From: a virus | Virus genome (UHGV): UHGV-1993760 | Length of the DNA: 42,235 bases | Direction: 5' to 3' (one strand) | Shown here: one piece after another, positions 1-9,733 of the stretch | Position numbering within the stretch: the first letter of the stretch is position 1 | How the letters are laid out: each line of letters opens with the position of its first letter | Program-made: the position numbers and the translations under genes | The notes under the pieces: model-generated | What the model was told of the DNA's origin: nothing | Seen by the model: only the letters and a program-made list of their open reading frames with translations | The model's database searches: none

Positions 1-1248
1 GAGCAGTTTGCGGACAAACGCCGCGTTCGCCATCTCCAGCCCGGTCGCATCGTCCGGCGGGGTTGGTGTGGTTGGCGTGCCGGTGAACGCCGGGCTGTCC
101 AGCGGCGCTTTTGTATTCGTCTCGTCCATGACGACTTTGACGGCTTTTGGTGTGGCCGCCAGTTCTTCGCTGTCGTTATCCGTGTCACTACAGAGTTGCA
201 CCAGGCCTTTTTCTGTCGTGGTGGCATTACTTCCCTTCAGGTCATCAACAATCTGCTGCGCCTCGTCCCTGCACCGTTTCGCTTCCTGCGCATTGCCTTC
301 GCTCGCATCCTGACTGGCCTTCGCCTGCCGGGCGTATTCTGCGGTGGCATTTTCATGTCCCTGCGCCTTATTTGCCGCATTTTCTGCACTGGTCGCAGCC
401 GAAGATGCTGCTTCTTTATGCTGGCAGGCACGTTCAGCAGCATCAACCGATTCATCCCGCGCTGCCCCTGATGTCTGTGCACTGTTTTCTGCCTCACCCG
501 CAAAACGTTCCGCATCATCACGGGCTGTTGTGGTGGCTTCTGCGTCCTGTGCGGTTTGCTGTGCGATTTCTGCTGCATTATCCGCGTGTTTTTTTGCATT
601 CTGCTCGCTTTTTGCTGCCACTTCGGCGCTGGCTTTTACCTCGCCGCTCAGCGTTGCGACTTCACCGAGTTTATCAACAGCCTTATCGACGATTTTGTCT
701 GCGTCCTTAACGGCCTGCTCTGCGCGAGCCGCATCCTGTGTGGCAGATGATGCCAGCTGTGCCACCTGCCTTTTATCTTCAGCAACGGCCTCGGCGTTCT
801 GCTGTACGTTATCCGCCAGCGTCTCGCAGTCGCTCTTGATTTGTTGCGCATCAGCGACATGTTGCCCGGCCTGTCGTTCGCTTTCCGCTGCCGCCTCCGC
901 GCTCTGCTGCGCCTGCGCCACCAGTTCTTCGAACCGCTTAACGACATCCGGTTTTAAATCGCCTTCATCGAGGGCGGTCAGAAAGTCGTTCAGTGTACCG
1001 GGCTTTGAATCGTCGTAAACCGAAATATCACCAACACAATATTCTCTTTCAATACATGACCGAAGATAAACGTCATATCTTCCGGTCTGAGCCTCAAATG
1101 CATATTCTCCTGCCGGCCCCGTCAAAACTGTTGCCACCGTTCTCATAACCACTGCGGATGTATTCTGTCGGGCTTTCAGAATAATATGGTATCCGGACAT
1201 GGGGAGTCCCGTGCCATCCGTCAGCACACCCGAAATTAATACAGACAT
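1..1248 (-). CDS. side tail fiber protein, lambda Stf-like N-terminal and shaft region (partial; gene runs off the window start)
   Basis: Not in ORF track because no stop lies in the window. ATG at 1248-1246 preceded by AGGA; frame is open to position 1. Translation MSVLISGVLTDGTGLP...GTLNDFL...long Ala/Gln/Glu-rich coiled shaft...LAATPKAVKVVMDETNTKAPLDSPAFTGTPT matches my recollection of lambda Stf. Confidence 0.6.
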   Translation of the reverse strand, partial: MSVLISGVLTDGTGLPMSGYHIILKARQNTSAVVMRTVATVLTGPAGEYAFEAQTGRYDVYLRSCIEREYCVGDISVYDDSKPGTLNDFLTALDEGDLKPDVVKRFEELVAQAQQSAEAAAESERQAGQHVADAQQIKSDCETLADNVQQNAEAVAEDKRQVAQLASSATQDAARAEQAVKDADKIVDKAVDKLGEVATLSGEVKASAEVAAKSEQNAKKHADNAAEIAQQTAQDAEATTTARDDAERFAGEAENSAQTSGAARDESVDAAERACQHKEAASSAATSAENAANKAQGHENATAEYARQAKASQDASEGNAQEAKRCRDEAQQIVDDLKGSNATTTEKGLVQLCSDTDNDSEELAATPKAVKVVMDETNTKAPLDSPAFTGTPTTPTPPDDATGLEMANAAFVRKLL

Positions 1249-1272
1249 GTTTATTTCCTGATTCAGAAAACA

Positions 1273-2361
1273 TTAACCAAAATAATTGACGCCTTTTTTC
1301 TTGCCACTGGCTTTCCCCTTTGCAGAAATATCCGTGGTCAGTGACAGATTCAGCGTAAATCCCTGTCCCGGTACCAGTGAAAACTCCACAGACTCAGCCT
1401 GCCAGTGATGGTCCTCACGCACACCAAATCCCTGCGTGACAAAACGCATCTCCGCCCCTGCTTTCAGCAGTTCCGGCCTGCAGGGCAACGTTATCGTCAT
1501 CTGGCGTCCGGCTTTCTGCACACGTTTAACCTTCGACTCTGCACAGTGTTTTGCGGTGCCCTGGTCAGGCTGGGTAAACGGATGCCGCTTATCTGTTGAC
1601 TCCACGTCAACTTTAACTTCACGTGTGCGTCCGTCACGAGCATCAAAATACCGGACCCCAACTTTCCCGCTCTTTTTATCCCCCTTCGCACCACCCGCAG
1701 CGCCCTGTCGCTCACCTTCACGATAATCCCAGTCTGATACCATACCCGGCGTAATGGTTATCTCGGGCGCATTTCTGCCCCCCGTACTCTGTGATGCCCC
1801 GTATTCCAGAAATAACCAGTAGCCACTGGTCGGTTTACTGGTGGCGCCGTACATACCTGCAATGCGGGATAAGAGGGCAGCATCAGATTCTGATGACTGC
1901 ATCACCCACGGGATATGAATATCAGCAAGCACCGATGAGACGCGCGCCACCAGATTATTTTCAGTGGCGATGGTTTTCACCAGGTCGCCCAGTGTGATAT
2001 CGCTGAAAGCCCGGGTTTTCAGTGCGGTCACGTCTGCGCCATGTTTTGACGCATTCATGGGGGCTGCGGTGGCATAAATGGTGAGCCGGCGGGGAGGACC
2101 ACCGCTTGCCACCTGACAGACGGTAAAACTGCCTTTATTGACCAGATTTCCGTTGAACCCCAGTCCCAGCGTTAGCACCGCGCCTTTCGGTGGCAACGCC
2201 AGCGTCTCGCTGAACAGCGTTATCATCAGTTCATCGGACCGCTTTGTGCCAGCACCATTATCGGTATATCGCAGCTCAGCCAGCCCACGTTTTATTGCCT
2301 TCGTGATATCCTGGCCTTCCGCTGTCAGACTGAAATCCGGCTGATATTCATTCAGTCCCAT
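1273..2361 (-). CDS. tail protein D (P2 gpD-like late gene D family)
   Basis: 362 aa ORF at the distal end of the tail operon after U and X; residue pattern resembles P2 gpD as recalled. Confidence 0.65.
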   Translation of the reverse strand: MGLNEYQPDFSLTAEGQDITKAIKRGLAELRYTDNGAGTKRSDELMITLFSETLALPPKGAVLTLGLGFNGNLVNKGSFTVCQVASGGPPRRLTIYATAAPMNASKHGADVTALKTRAFSDITLGDLVKTIATENNLVARVSSVLADIHIPWVMQSSESDAALLSRIAGMYGATSKPTSGYWLFLEYGASQSTGGRNAPEITITPGMVSDWDYREGERQGAAGGAKGDKKSGKVGVRYFDARDGRTREVKVDVESTDKRHPFTQPDQGTAKHCAESKVKRVQKAGRQMTITLPCRPELLKAGAEMRFVTQGFGVREDHHWQAESVEFSLVPGQGFTLNLSLTTDISAKGKASGKKKGVNYFG

Positions 2362-2570
2362 AACTGAAACGTCTCCTTCACTTCCGGTTCATATACCCAG
2401 TCCGGCAACACGATTTCCACTCCCGCCGGATAGACCGGACCAAGGTCAGCCAGTCCGGGATTGGCTTCCAGTACCGCCGCCAGTGACTGGTTAAGCCCGG
2501 TACTGCCATAGTGTCTCTGGCAGATGTCATCCAGCATATCGCCGTCAGTAGTCCGCCAGTTTTTCGCCAT
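2352..2570 (-). CDS. tail protein X (P2 gpX-like)
   Basis: 72 aa; ...LAAVLEANPGLADLGPV...LPD... resembles P2 gpX; overlaps neighbours as in compact tail operons. Confidence 0.7.
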   Translation of the reverse strand: MAKNWRTTDGDMLDDICQRHYGSTGLNQSLAAVLEANPGLADLGPVYPAGVEIVLPDWVYEPEVKETFQLWD

Positions 2571-3039
2571 AGTATTTCAGCTCCAGTGTGAACGTTTTGT
2601 TCTTCGGCGCACCGCCGGGAAGAAAGGACGTGGTGTTATCTGAATAGGCGGTTGCCACGAAATACCCCATCACATCACCTGTGCTCGAGACCAGAAGATG
2701 CGGGGCCGGATTGTCATCCACCATCTGAACCAGTGTATCAAGGGCATCCATTCCCACACCGTCACGAAATCCCGCGTGCGCCATACCTTCAAGGGTTATT
2801 GTTCTGGCCCCCTTGCCGGTATACTGCAGCAGATCGTTTTTTCCGATAAGCTGTTGTTCATCCCATCGCCATTCCATCGTGCGCTTCATGGCGTTATAAG
2901 CAGCAGTATCAATACTGAATTCAAACTCACCAAACGACAGCATGACGCGGGAGGCGACATCCGTTAATGAGCCCACCGCGTCCCATGCTTCGCGCTCAAG
3001 CCGGTTTACACCCCAGCCCAGCAAATCCACCATATTCAC
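2545..3039 (-). CDS. tail protein U-like
   Basis: 164 aa ORF directly downstream of the tape measure gene, the position of P2 gpU; weak pattern resemblance only. Confidence 0.5.
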   Translation of the reverse strand: MNMVDLLGWGVNRLEREAWDAVGSLTDVASRVMLSFGEFEFSIDTAAYNAMKRTMEWRWDEQQLIGKNDLLQYTGKGARTITLEGMAHAGFRDGVGMDALDTLVQMVDDNPAPHLLVSSTGDVMGYFVATAYSDNTTSFLPGGAPKNKTFTLELKYYGEKLADY

Positions 3040-4688
3040 CCCCAGAATGCATCACCATCGGTCATGCGGGAACGCTGACCAAAATTAATATCTCCCAGAT
3101 TTTTCGTTACCCTGTCTGCCAGTTGTCCGGCATCCTCGCCGGGCTTCTGAGTGATGTTAAATTCCGCCCGTATCTGATACGTGGGTTTTACTTCCACCTG
3201 GCTGACACTGCCGGGGGTATACTGAAGAGCCGAGAGAGGATCCGAATTACCCTGCCCCTGAACTGCTGCAGGTAGTCCGTCAATATAGGTGCGGGATTTC
3301 TCTTTTATCGCCTTAAAATCAGGTTCTTCTTTCGGCCCCAGCAGAGGGTCGAGAAATGCATCAAACTTTTTATCGTCATGATTCCAGGGGAGATAACCGC
3401 GGGTGTCTTTATAGGCCTGTACAACCTGTTTTGTCAGGTCAGGATTTTGCCTGAGCAGTTCATCAAACCATTCACCCTGACCGTTTTTCTGCGCCACTGC
3501 TCTCGCCAGCTCCGGCGACCCCATTTTTGCCAGATACTCCAGCACTTCCCGTCGGTCCTCTCGCGGATCATCCGCCAGCCCCCACTCAATGGCTTTTTGT
3601 GTAATTCCGGCAAGAACTTTTCCAAATTTCCACATCCAGGCAGCCATGTCGATCAGCGCCGGCAGGGCATCATCACGAATAAATGCCCGGATTTTTTCCA
3701 GCCCACCATTCTTAAACCAGGCCGCAAGGTCATCCGTCACCTGTTGAATATGTGGGGCAAGTTCATTACCCAGCTGTCCGCTGATTTCATCAATGGAAGA
3801 ACTCAGAACATTACGGAGATTTGACAGTGCCACATGTCCCTGAACCGCGCCATCAGCCCCTGCCTTTGTCACCAGGTTATAGCGTTTCTGCTCACTGATA
3901 AGCTCCCGATAAGTTTTCCCTGACAGACGCATCCAGGTCAGAATTTTATTGGCCTCACCACCGAACAACGCATCAGCCATCCCCGCCGCCTGCTGCTCAT
4001 TCTCAACCTGCAGTAAGCGATCAAACAAAAATTCGACCTGCTCCTGGTTGCTTTTTCCGGCCATTACGCCCGCTTTCAGCCCCAGTTTACCGAATACCTC
4101 CTGAATGGCTCCTTTGTCCGTGGCACCATTATCATCGTCAAAAACCTTGTTCCGGTATTCCTCAAACAGATCACCGATGTTTTCACCGTTTAACCCCATC
4201 TGACGGCCCAGTGAATCCCACGCCGCATAGGTTTCATAGTCCACCCCGTAGCTCCGCGCTATCCCTGCACGCTCTGCTGTTTCCGAATTCCGGTTCAGTA
4301 CCGCACTTGCACCTGCTGCCAGCGTAAGCCCGGAACCAACCGAAAGCCCCAGCCCGGTCTTAAGAACGGTCCCGGCCCACCCTTTCCAGCGAGCCAGACG
4401 TTCCGCGCGCGCCAGCTTACGGTTAAATTTGTCCTGCTCTCCGGTGGCATCATGAATTTTTTTACCCAGCTTTTCATACTGCTTTCGCAGATCAGTAATA
4501 TCCTGTCCAGCCAGAACGCCAGCCTGAATTTTTCGTTTCAGTACGTCCTGCTGGCGTGTCAGACGAGCCACTTCCTGTGTTGCCCCTGATAATCCGTGCT
4601 TCAACCCATCAACCGATTTTTTCCACGACGGATCTATCGTGCCTCCGATCCGGATATTCGCTTTAAGGTTATCGCCCACCGTTGCCAT
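3036..4688 (-). CDS. tail tape measure protein
   Basis: 550 aa, helical/Gly-Ala-rich, directly downstream of the E/E' chaperone pair whose frameshifted product overlaps its start. Confidence 0.7.
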   Translation of the reverse strand: MATVGDNLKANIRIGGTIDPSWKKSVDGLKHGLSGATQEVARLTRQQDVLKRKIQAGVLAGQDITDLRKQYEKLGKKIHDATGEQDKFNRKLARAERLARWKGWAGTVLKTGLGLSVGSGLTLAAGASAVLNRNSETAERAGIARSYGVDYETYAAWDSLGRQMGLNGENIGDLFEEYRNKVFDDDNGATDKGAIQEVFGKLGLKAGVMAGKSNQEQVEFLFDRLLQVENEQQAAGMADALFGGEANKILTWMRLSGKTYRELISEQKRYNLVTKAGADGAVQGHVALSNLRNVLSSSIDEISGQLGNELAPHIQQVTDDLAAWFKNGGLEKIRAFIRDDALPALIDMAAWMWKFGKVLAGITQKAIEWGLADDPREDRREVLEYLAKMGSPELARAVAQKNGQGEWFDELLRQNPDLTKQVVQAYKDTRGYLPWNHDDKKFDAFLDPLLGPKEEPDFKAIKEKSRTYIDGLPAAVQGQGNSDPLSALQYTPGSVSQVEVKPTYQIRAEFNITQKPGEDAGQLADRVTKNLGDINFGQRSRMTDGDAFWG

Positions 4689-5114
4689 AACATCGCTTCC
4701 TCTCTTCCGACTCCGCCAGCATCATTGCCACAAAATCCGTATACGGCAGCGCCATCACATCTCCGGGAGACCACCCGAACCAGGCACCGGCACGCCGTAT
4801 CGCTGTCAGGATGCTTTCTTCTTCCGCCGGACCGGCGGCAGCAAAAAAACATTAAACTGACGCTCCAGGGCCAGGTAATCACACGCTTCCATGTTCATCA
4901 TGTCTGCCGCGTCCATCCCACACAGACCGGCAATCATATCCAGATCAGCCTCTGCTTCCGGTTTGTTACTCCGGCGATGCAACAGACGATCGCGGACAGT
5001 GGGCGCACGCATAGTGACGTGCGTGATCGTCTGTCCTGATGCGGTGACATACGGCACGGATAACACAATTTCCACGCTGCTGGCAGGAACACTGTTTTTT
5101 TCCGACATAAGCAT
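4669..5114 (-). CDS. tail assembly chaperone E+E' (predicted programmed -1 frameshift product)
   Basis: Minus-strand T_TTT_TTG heptamer (plus-strand A-run 4843-4849) in the zero frame of E; the -1 frame stays open for about 57 codons and stops at TAA 4671-4669, overlapping the tape-measure start, as in P2 E/E'. Confidence 0.55.
4806..5114 (-). CDS. tail assembly chaperone E (P2 gpE-like)
   Basis: 102 aa ORF between tail tube and tape measure; contains the slippery heptamer near its 3' end. Confidence 0.65.
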   Translation of the reverse strand: MLMSEKNSVPASSVEIVLSVPYVTASGQTITHVTMRAPTVRDRLLHRRSNKPEAEADLDMIAGLCGMDAADMMNMEACDYLALERQFNVFLLPPVRRKKKAS

Positions 5115-5167
5115 CTCCTTTAAAAAGAAAAGGCAGCCTGAGCTGCCTGAATGACAGGATCCCCGGA

Positions 5168-5686
5168 TTAAACCCGGATGATTTTTTTCAGATCCGCCAG
5201 AACATTAACGCCGTTAATACGACGCACAAATTCCTCCGGAATAATGCAGATGGTTTCCACACCGTCAACAGCCTGACGGTAATAACTCAGTGACATTTCC
5301 ACCGTCACCGAAGCCTCTGCCTGTGACGTTGCGGGACGCGCATCCGGCGTGATACTGGTGATCATCCCCTGCAGAGTTTCCACCTGCCCGCTGGTCGCAT
5401 TCCCCACCTGGTAAGCCTGGCGGACAACAATCTCCGGCGAATAAAGCCCGGCCTGTAATCCCAGCAGCGTAAGCATGGCAACATCATAACCATAAATCTT
5501 AAACGAACAGGTCAGCGCTTCCATGCCGTCATCCACTGCCACCGGTGCATCCATTGCGCCAGTTTTGATATCCACTGTCGTGATATTAATGGCAGGTGGC
5601 GTGTATTCATGTGCCCCCTGAAGGCGGATTCCGCCAGGAAGAAATAACGCCCATGCGCGCAACAGTTTTTTTTCACCCGTCATCAT
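5168..5686 (-). CDS. tail tube protein (P2 FII-like)
   Basis: 172 aa ORF immediately downstream of the sheath gene; size and position typical. Confidence 0.65.
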   Translation of the reverse strand: MMTGEKKLLRAWALFLPGGIRLQGAHEYTPPAINITTVDIKTGAMDAPVAVDDGMEALTCSFKIYGYDVAMLTLLGLQAGLYSPEIVVRQAYQVGNATSGQVETLQGMITSITPDARPATSQAEASVTVEMSLSYYRQAVDGVETICIIPEEFVRRINGVNVLADLKKIIRV

Positions 5687-7158
5687 ACCGTCAGTTCCTC
5701 CAGCGCCAGTTTATTGTTAATCATTGCCCGCAGTGTCAGGCGCTCCAGTGGTGACTTCGGCCCAAAGTCATAATCGATATACAACTGCCCTGCCGCCAGG
5801 GTTTCTGCAGTGTTCAGTTCATCGTTCAGCCATGCACTGCCACCGTGGATCGCGCCCAGATTTTTAAGCTGACGCATATAGGCATTAATGCTGCCAAGAA
5901 TGTCGTCTGCCACATCCCGATCAAGCGGGCGATCGACATAAGGCAGCATGGCCTCCTGGATGCTGTCCTCAATCACATCTGCAGTGCGGCGTACCGGCTC
6001 AAAACGCCACTGACTGTGGGATGTGCACAGACGGTTACCCCAGTGTTTAAAACCGTCATGGCGAATAATGGTGGAGATATTTTCCATGTTCAGCAGGTTT
6101 GCCGTGCAGTTCTGCTCCCCGAGAATAAACGTATCCACCTGCTCCAGACCGGTGATATTCATCACGTCCTGGTTTGATTTGGACCACCACCACCCTTTTT
6201 CGTAATCAATACGGGCACGCAGCCCGGCAGCACGAGCCGAATATGGACGAAATATCGTTTGCCCGCTGTCATCCGTCACTGACACGCGCGGACGCAGCAG
6301 CTCCACACGCCCACCAAATGACGCGCGCCGCTGAACCACATCCTGCGGCGTTGCCATTGAAGGCGAGTCAATATAGGCCACAGCCCGCAGCTTCACGGCA
6401 TACGTTTCCAGCGCCTTTGCCACGCCATCATCCTCACTGTACCCCGTGGCAATGAGGACGCGCGGTTGATAGCCTGTCACGCCCTTACTTTCTGTCAGCG
6501 CCTCCATGGCCTGAATCACCGCCGCACGCTGTTCGGCCTCTTTCGTCTTTGTTTTACTTTCTGCGCGCACCACAATCACCAGCGCACCAGTCTGGTCAAA
6601 AATATCTCGCAGGGCCGGGTATAATGTTCCGGCTGTGCCCAGTTTCCCTGCCTGAGTAATGGCCCCTGCCACCACCACTGGTGTATTGACCGGGAACGCC
6701 TCATCTTCTCCGCCGGATAACGTCAGGCTGAACGGCAACACCACTTTATTTTCAGCGTCTCCTGCATTCAAGGTGCTGACAGCCGCCGTCACAGGCGAAT
6801 CCCCCAGCGCATTCACCACTTCAGTCACACGGTCCGCCGTGGCGTTAACCTGGCTGTGTTCGTCCGTCCCCAGTGTTATCGTCAGGGTCGTACCTTTCAG
6901 CGAGGCCACTGTCTGCGCGTTTTGTTCTGTGGCAGCCACAGCAACAACCGAAATCTTATTACCGGCCCGACCTTCCTGTTTCGCCGTGAAATCCAGCGCC
7001 GTTCCCAGCAGCCAGGAGCCGGCTGTGCCGGAAGCGCACACACCACCAGAGGCGTCCGGCGCTGTCCCCACCAGGCCAATCACTGCCGTGGAGATGGTCT
7101 GCACGGCAACCGTGCCTGTCGTCAGTTCAATGGTTTCAACACCATGTAATCCGGGCAT
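5683..7158 (-). CDS. contractile tail sheath protein (P2 FI-like)
   Basis: 491 aa; N-terminus ...TISTAVIGLVGTA... and C-terminus ...AETLAAGQLYIDYDFGP...LERLTLR... resemble P2 FI as recalled. Confidence 0.8.
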   Translation of the reverse strand: MPGLHGVETIELTTGTVAVQTISTAVIGLVGTAPDASGGVCASGTAGSWLLGTALDFTAKQEGRAGNKISVVAVAATEQNAQTVASLKGTTLTITLGTDEHSQVNATADRVTEVVNALGDSPVTAAVSTLNAGDAENKVVLPFSLTLSGGEDEAFPVNTPVVVAGAITQAGKLGTAGTLYPALRDIFDQTGALVIVVRAESKTKTKEAEQRAAVIQAMEALTESKGVTGYQPRVLIATGYSEDDGVAKALETYAVKLRAVAYIDSPSMATPQDVVQRRASFGGRVELLRPRVSVTDDSGQTIFRPYSARAAGLRARIDYEKGWWWSKSNQDVMNITGLEQVDTFILGEQNCTANLLNMENISTIIRHDGFKHWGNRLCTSHSQWRFEPVRRTADVIEDSIQEAMLPYVDRPLDRDVADDILGSINAYMRQLKNLGAIHGGSAWLNDELNTAETLAAGQLYIDYDFGPKSPLERLTLRAMINNKLALEELTV

Positions 7159-7212
7159 ACATTTCTCCCATAAAAAAACCGCCCTCAGGCGGTCAGATGA
7201 TTAACTTCTTTT

Positions 7213-7758
7213 TCAGGTATTTTGTGGCTGCTCAGGCCAGCTAATATTGTTGTAAGTGGTCTTATCCGTAATAGCGCTGAAATCCATCGCCTGCAGCGAT
7301 TTCGCGTAAATGCGGTACGCTTTGAGCTTTTCCCTGTCTTCGTCGCTGATTAAACCCAGCAGCAGGTCTTTTTCCCATTCGCTGGTCATGATACTGACCT
7401 GTTTTAACAGTGCGTCACGCTCATCTTCCGCTTTAAGTTTGTAGTCGAAAACAAATTCATCATTGCGGTAGAACCAGTATCCCGACGCCTCAATGCGACG
7501 ATTAGCGGTAATATCCGGCAACTCAATCACACTTTTATTTTCCGGGCAGATTGAGGTGATGTCTTTTCCAACCCAGACCACTTCGCCAGTTTCAACATAA
7601 ATAACTTTCAGAGTGTCTGGCTGAAATTTTTCCTGGGCTTCGTGCCATTCCTGACCATCATCGGAGAGCAGCCACAATAAAAATTTATGCTGTCGCGCCA
7701 GCTGGTATTGCTCAATTGTTTTAGGGTTTTGTACCGTAAGATTTTTTAAGTGCATCAT
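7213..7758 (-). CDS. tail fiber assembly chaperone (Tfa / P2 gpG-like)
   Basis: 181 aa ORF directly downstream of the tail fiber gene; typical Tfa size and position. Confidence 0.75.
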   Translation of the reverse strand: MMHLKNLTVQNPKTIEQYQLARQHKFLLWLLSDDGQEWHEAQEKFQPDTLKVIYVETGEVVWVGKDITSICPENKSVIELPDITANRRIEASGYWFYRNDEFVFDYKLKAEDERDALLKQVSIMTSEWEKDLLLGLISDEDREKLKAYRIYAKSLQAMDFSAITDKTTYNNISWPEQPQNT

Positions 7759-7760
7759 AA

Positions 7761-9146
7761 TTACAAACTCGCTACATTCCGCCAGACGCCATTAATCAGA
7801 ACCTGCACCGGGCGGGCATTGGCCCAGTCCATACTTTCACCACCATCAAGACCGCTGATAAGGTGACCTGATGGTGCGTTCCCGCCACGCCCAATACCAA
7901 TGGCACTGCCCAGACGCACATCCTGTACACCGCCTGTTTTGGTCTGATAGCGGGCATCAAAGTTTCCGTAGTTTGATGGAACCATCTGCCCGTTTACAGC
8001 GAACGTTATACTGTTATCCGTATTCCTCTGACTGTAAAAATGCCAGCCGGAATCATCACCAAGCTCTGCAACTACAGGTCGGGATGAATTACCCCATAAA
8101 TTAAACGTTGCGTTTTTCGTGGAGTTGTTGGCGCTGGATAACGTGAATTTTTTAGCATTTCCGGCCTGAATATTTTTTAACGCTATCGCCACACCATTCT
8201 GGAAACGAAATACATGCTGTCCATTCGCATAAACATCCAGAATGCCGTCGCCGTTTTGTTTTATACCTGTATCGTTATCCCCGAAAGCAATTGAGTTTCC
8301 GCCCAGCGCGTTCTGAACGCCGATACCCAGCGCACCATTGACCTGAGAACCGCCGCCAACAGACACTTTATGCGACATGGATATTTCACCCGTCCGCAGA
8401 TTAATAGTGAACGGTCGAAGTGGACCAATATCGCCATTCTCGCCCTGACCTTCACTGGTAGGGATAAGGTGCAGGCACTCTTCCGAACGACGAAAAATCA
8501 GACCAAAGGCTTCGTTGAAAATCCTCAGCGCATTAACACCACGGATTTTCAGTTCCCCGGTCATGGTGTCACCATCACGCTGAACGGCATTTTTTGCCTT
8601 GTCCACCGTGGGTTTTAATCCGAGGTTTTCAACAGCCTCATCCTTGTCTTCCACATCCGAAAGATTCTTTTTTCGTTGCAGATAGCGTCTGTCTCCGATT
8701 TCCTGAGTAATAATGGCCCTGTCCGGATCAACTTCCAGCACCACGTTTTGTGCGTGCGTCAGCCCAAGAACCAGCGTCAGAATAACTTCCTTGATAACAG
8801 AGTCCGTCTGGTCTGGTAAAAAGGTGTCGGGATAACGTCCGTACGCGATAAGCGTACCTCTGTCGCTGATCATCCCCAGTTCACGAAGGGTTTTACCGGG
8901 GTATGATTTACAGTCAATCACAATATCCCCGCTGATGAAGCCCTCCTCCACCGCACCGTCGGAAAAGGGTTCCTGCCCGAATTCGCCGTACAACGATGTC
9001 ATTGCTGCCATTTCATCCGGCGTGGATGGCAATGCCCGCCCGCCCCCGTCACCAAGCAGAACATGCCGGACGGTCACGGTTTGCCCGTTCTGATATGCTG
9101 CTTCAATTTCTGCAGCGCCGGACGTTGTCAGAATCAGTCCATTCAT
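7761..9146 (-). CDS. tail fiber protein (P2 gpH-like with Stf-like C-terminal receptor-binding region)
   Basis: 461 aa; C-terminus ...GDNDTGIKQNGDGILDVYANGQHV...NYGNFDARY...VLINGVWRNVASL resembles lambda Stf / P2 H C-termini as recalled. Confidence 0.8.
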   Translation of the reverse strand: MNGLILTTSGAAEIEAAYQNGQTVTVRHVLLGDGGGRALPSTPDEMAAMTSLYGEFGQEPFSDGAVEEGFISGDIVIDCKSYPGKTLRELGMISDRGTLIAYGRYPDTFLPDQTDSVIKEVILTLVLGLTHAQNVVLEVDPDRAIITQEIGDRRYLQRKKNLSDVEDKDEAVENLGLKPTVDKAKNAVQRDGDTMTGELKIRGVNALRIFNEAFGLIFRRSEECLHLIPTSEGQGENGDIGPLRPFTINLRTGEISMSHKVSVGGGSQVNGALGIGVQNALGGNSIAFGDNDTGIKQNGDGILDVYANGQHVFRFQNGVAIALKNIQAGNAKKFTLSSANNSTKNATFNLWGNSSRPVVAELGDDSGWHFYSQRNTDNSITFAVNGQMVPSNYGNFDARYQTKTGGVQDVRLGSAIGIGRGGNAPSGHLISGLDGGESMDWANARPVQVLINGVWRNVASL

Positions 9147-9733
9147 ACACCTGCCTCACTCTGCCCGCCTGTGGGCACTGTCTTTGTTGTCACACCGGTA
9201 CTTCTGATTTTTTCTGTCGCCATCACATAGCCGTAACCAAATCCACGCCCTGTGCTGTTCCCGTAAACGTGAATACTGAACCAGCTGCGCAGATTTTTGG
9301 CACGGAGCACCGCATGCTTCAGATCCTGATGATCATTCATCAGCACCGGTAAATCTTTCTGCTCCACGTTCAGACGGAAGGTATACGGCTCCCCGGGTGG
9401 GGTCTGCTCATACCACTCAACAATCTGCGACCGGAAGGGACTGTCAGCCAGCGATGCCATCAGCGCCGCTTTAGTCCCTCTGTGGCGGTGGATGTATGCA
9501 GCACGTTTTATCGCAGACCTTTTTTCCGCCTCCGTCCAGTGTTCATTCCAGGTGTCCACCGCCATTTCCCAGGCCAGCCATGGCAGCAATTCAGCAGGAC
9601 ATAAATCGGGATTTTTGACATAGCGGATCAGACATACTGCGATTTCCGCCAGCATATCACCGGCGGTACTGTCCACCACCCGCTCTGCCCGGCTGGCGCT
9701 GACAGGAAGTATGCTTCTGATTTTGTCATTCAT
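9143..9733 (-). CDS. baseplate/tail protein I (P2 gpI-like)
   Basis: 196 aa; position between J and the fiber gene; overlapping stop/start. Confidence 0.65.
   Translation of the reverse strand: MNDKIRSILPVSASRAERVVDSTAGDMLAEIAVCLIRYVKNPDLCPAELLPWLAWEMAVDTWNEHWTEAEKRSAIKRAAYIHRHRGTKAALMASLADSPFRSQIVEWYEQTPPGEPYTFRLNVEQKDLPVLMNDHQDLKHAVLRAKNLRSWFSIHVYGNSTGRGFGYGYVMATEKIRSTGVTTKTVPTGGQSEAGV

Noticed and set aside
147-1018. Plus-strand ORFs 147..710 and 344..1018 (and 8..313), Ala/Ser/Pro-rich
   Set aside because: They are antisense to the open minus-strand Stf-like reading frame; low-complexity composition typical of the reverse frame of an Ala/Gln-rich fiber shaft.
4634-4882. Track ORF 4634..4882 (minus) as a separate gene
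   Set aside because: It is the +1 frame across the slippery site; the frameshift extension is better explained by the -1 frame ending at 4669.
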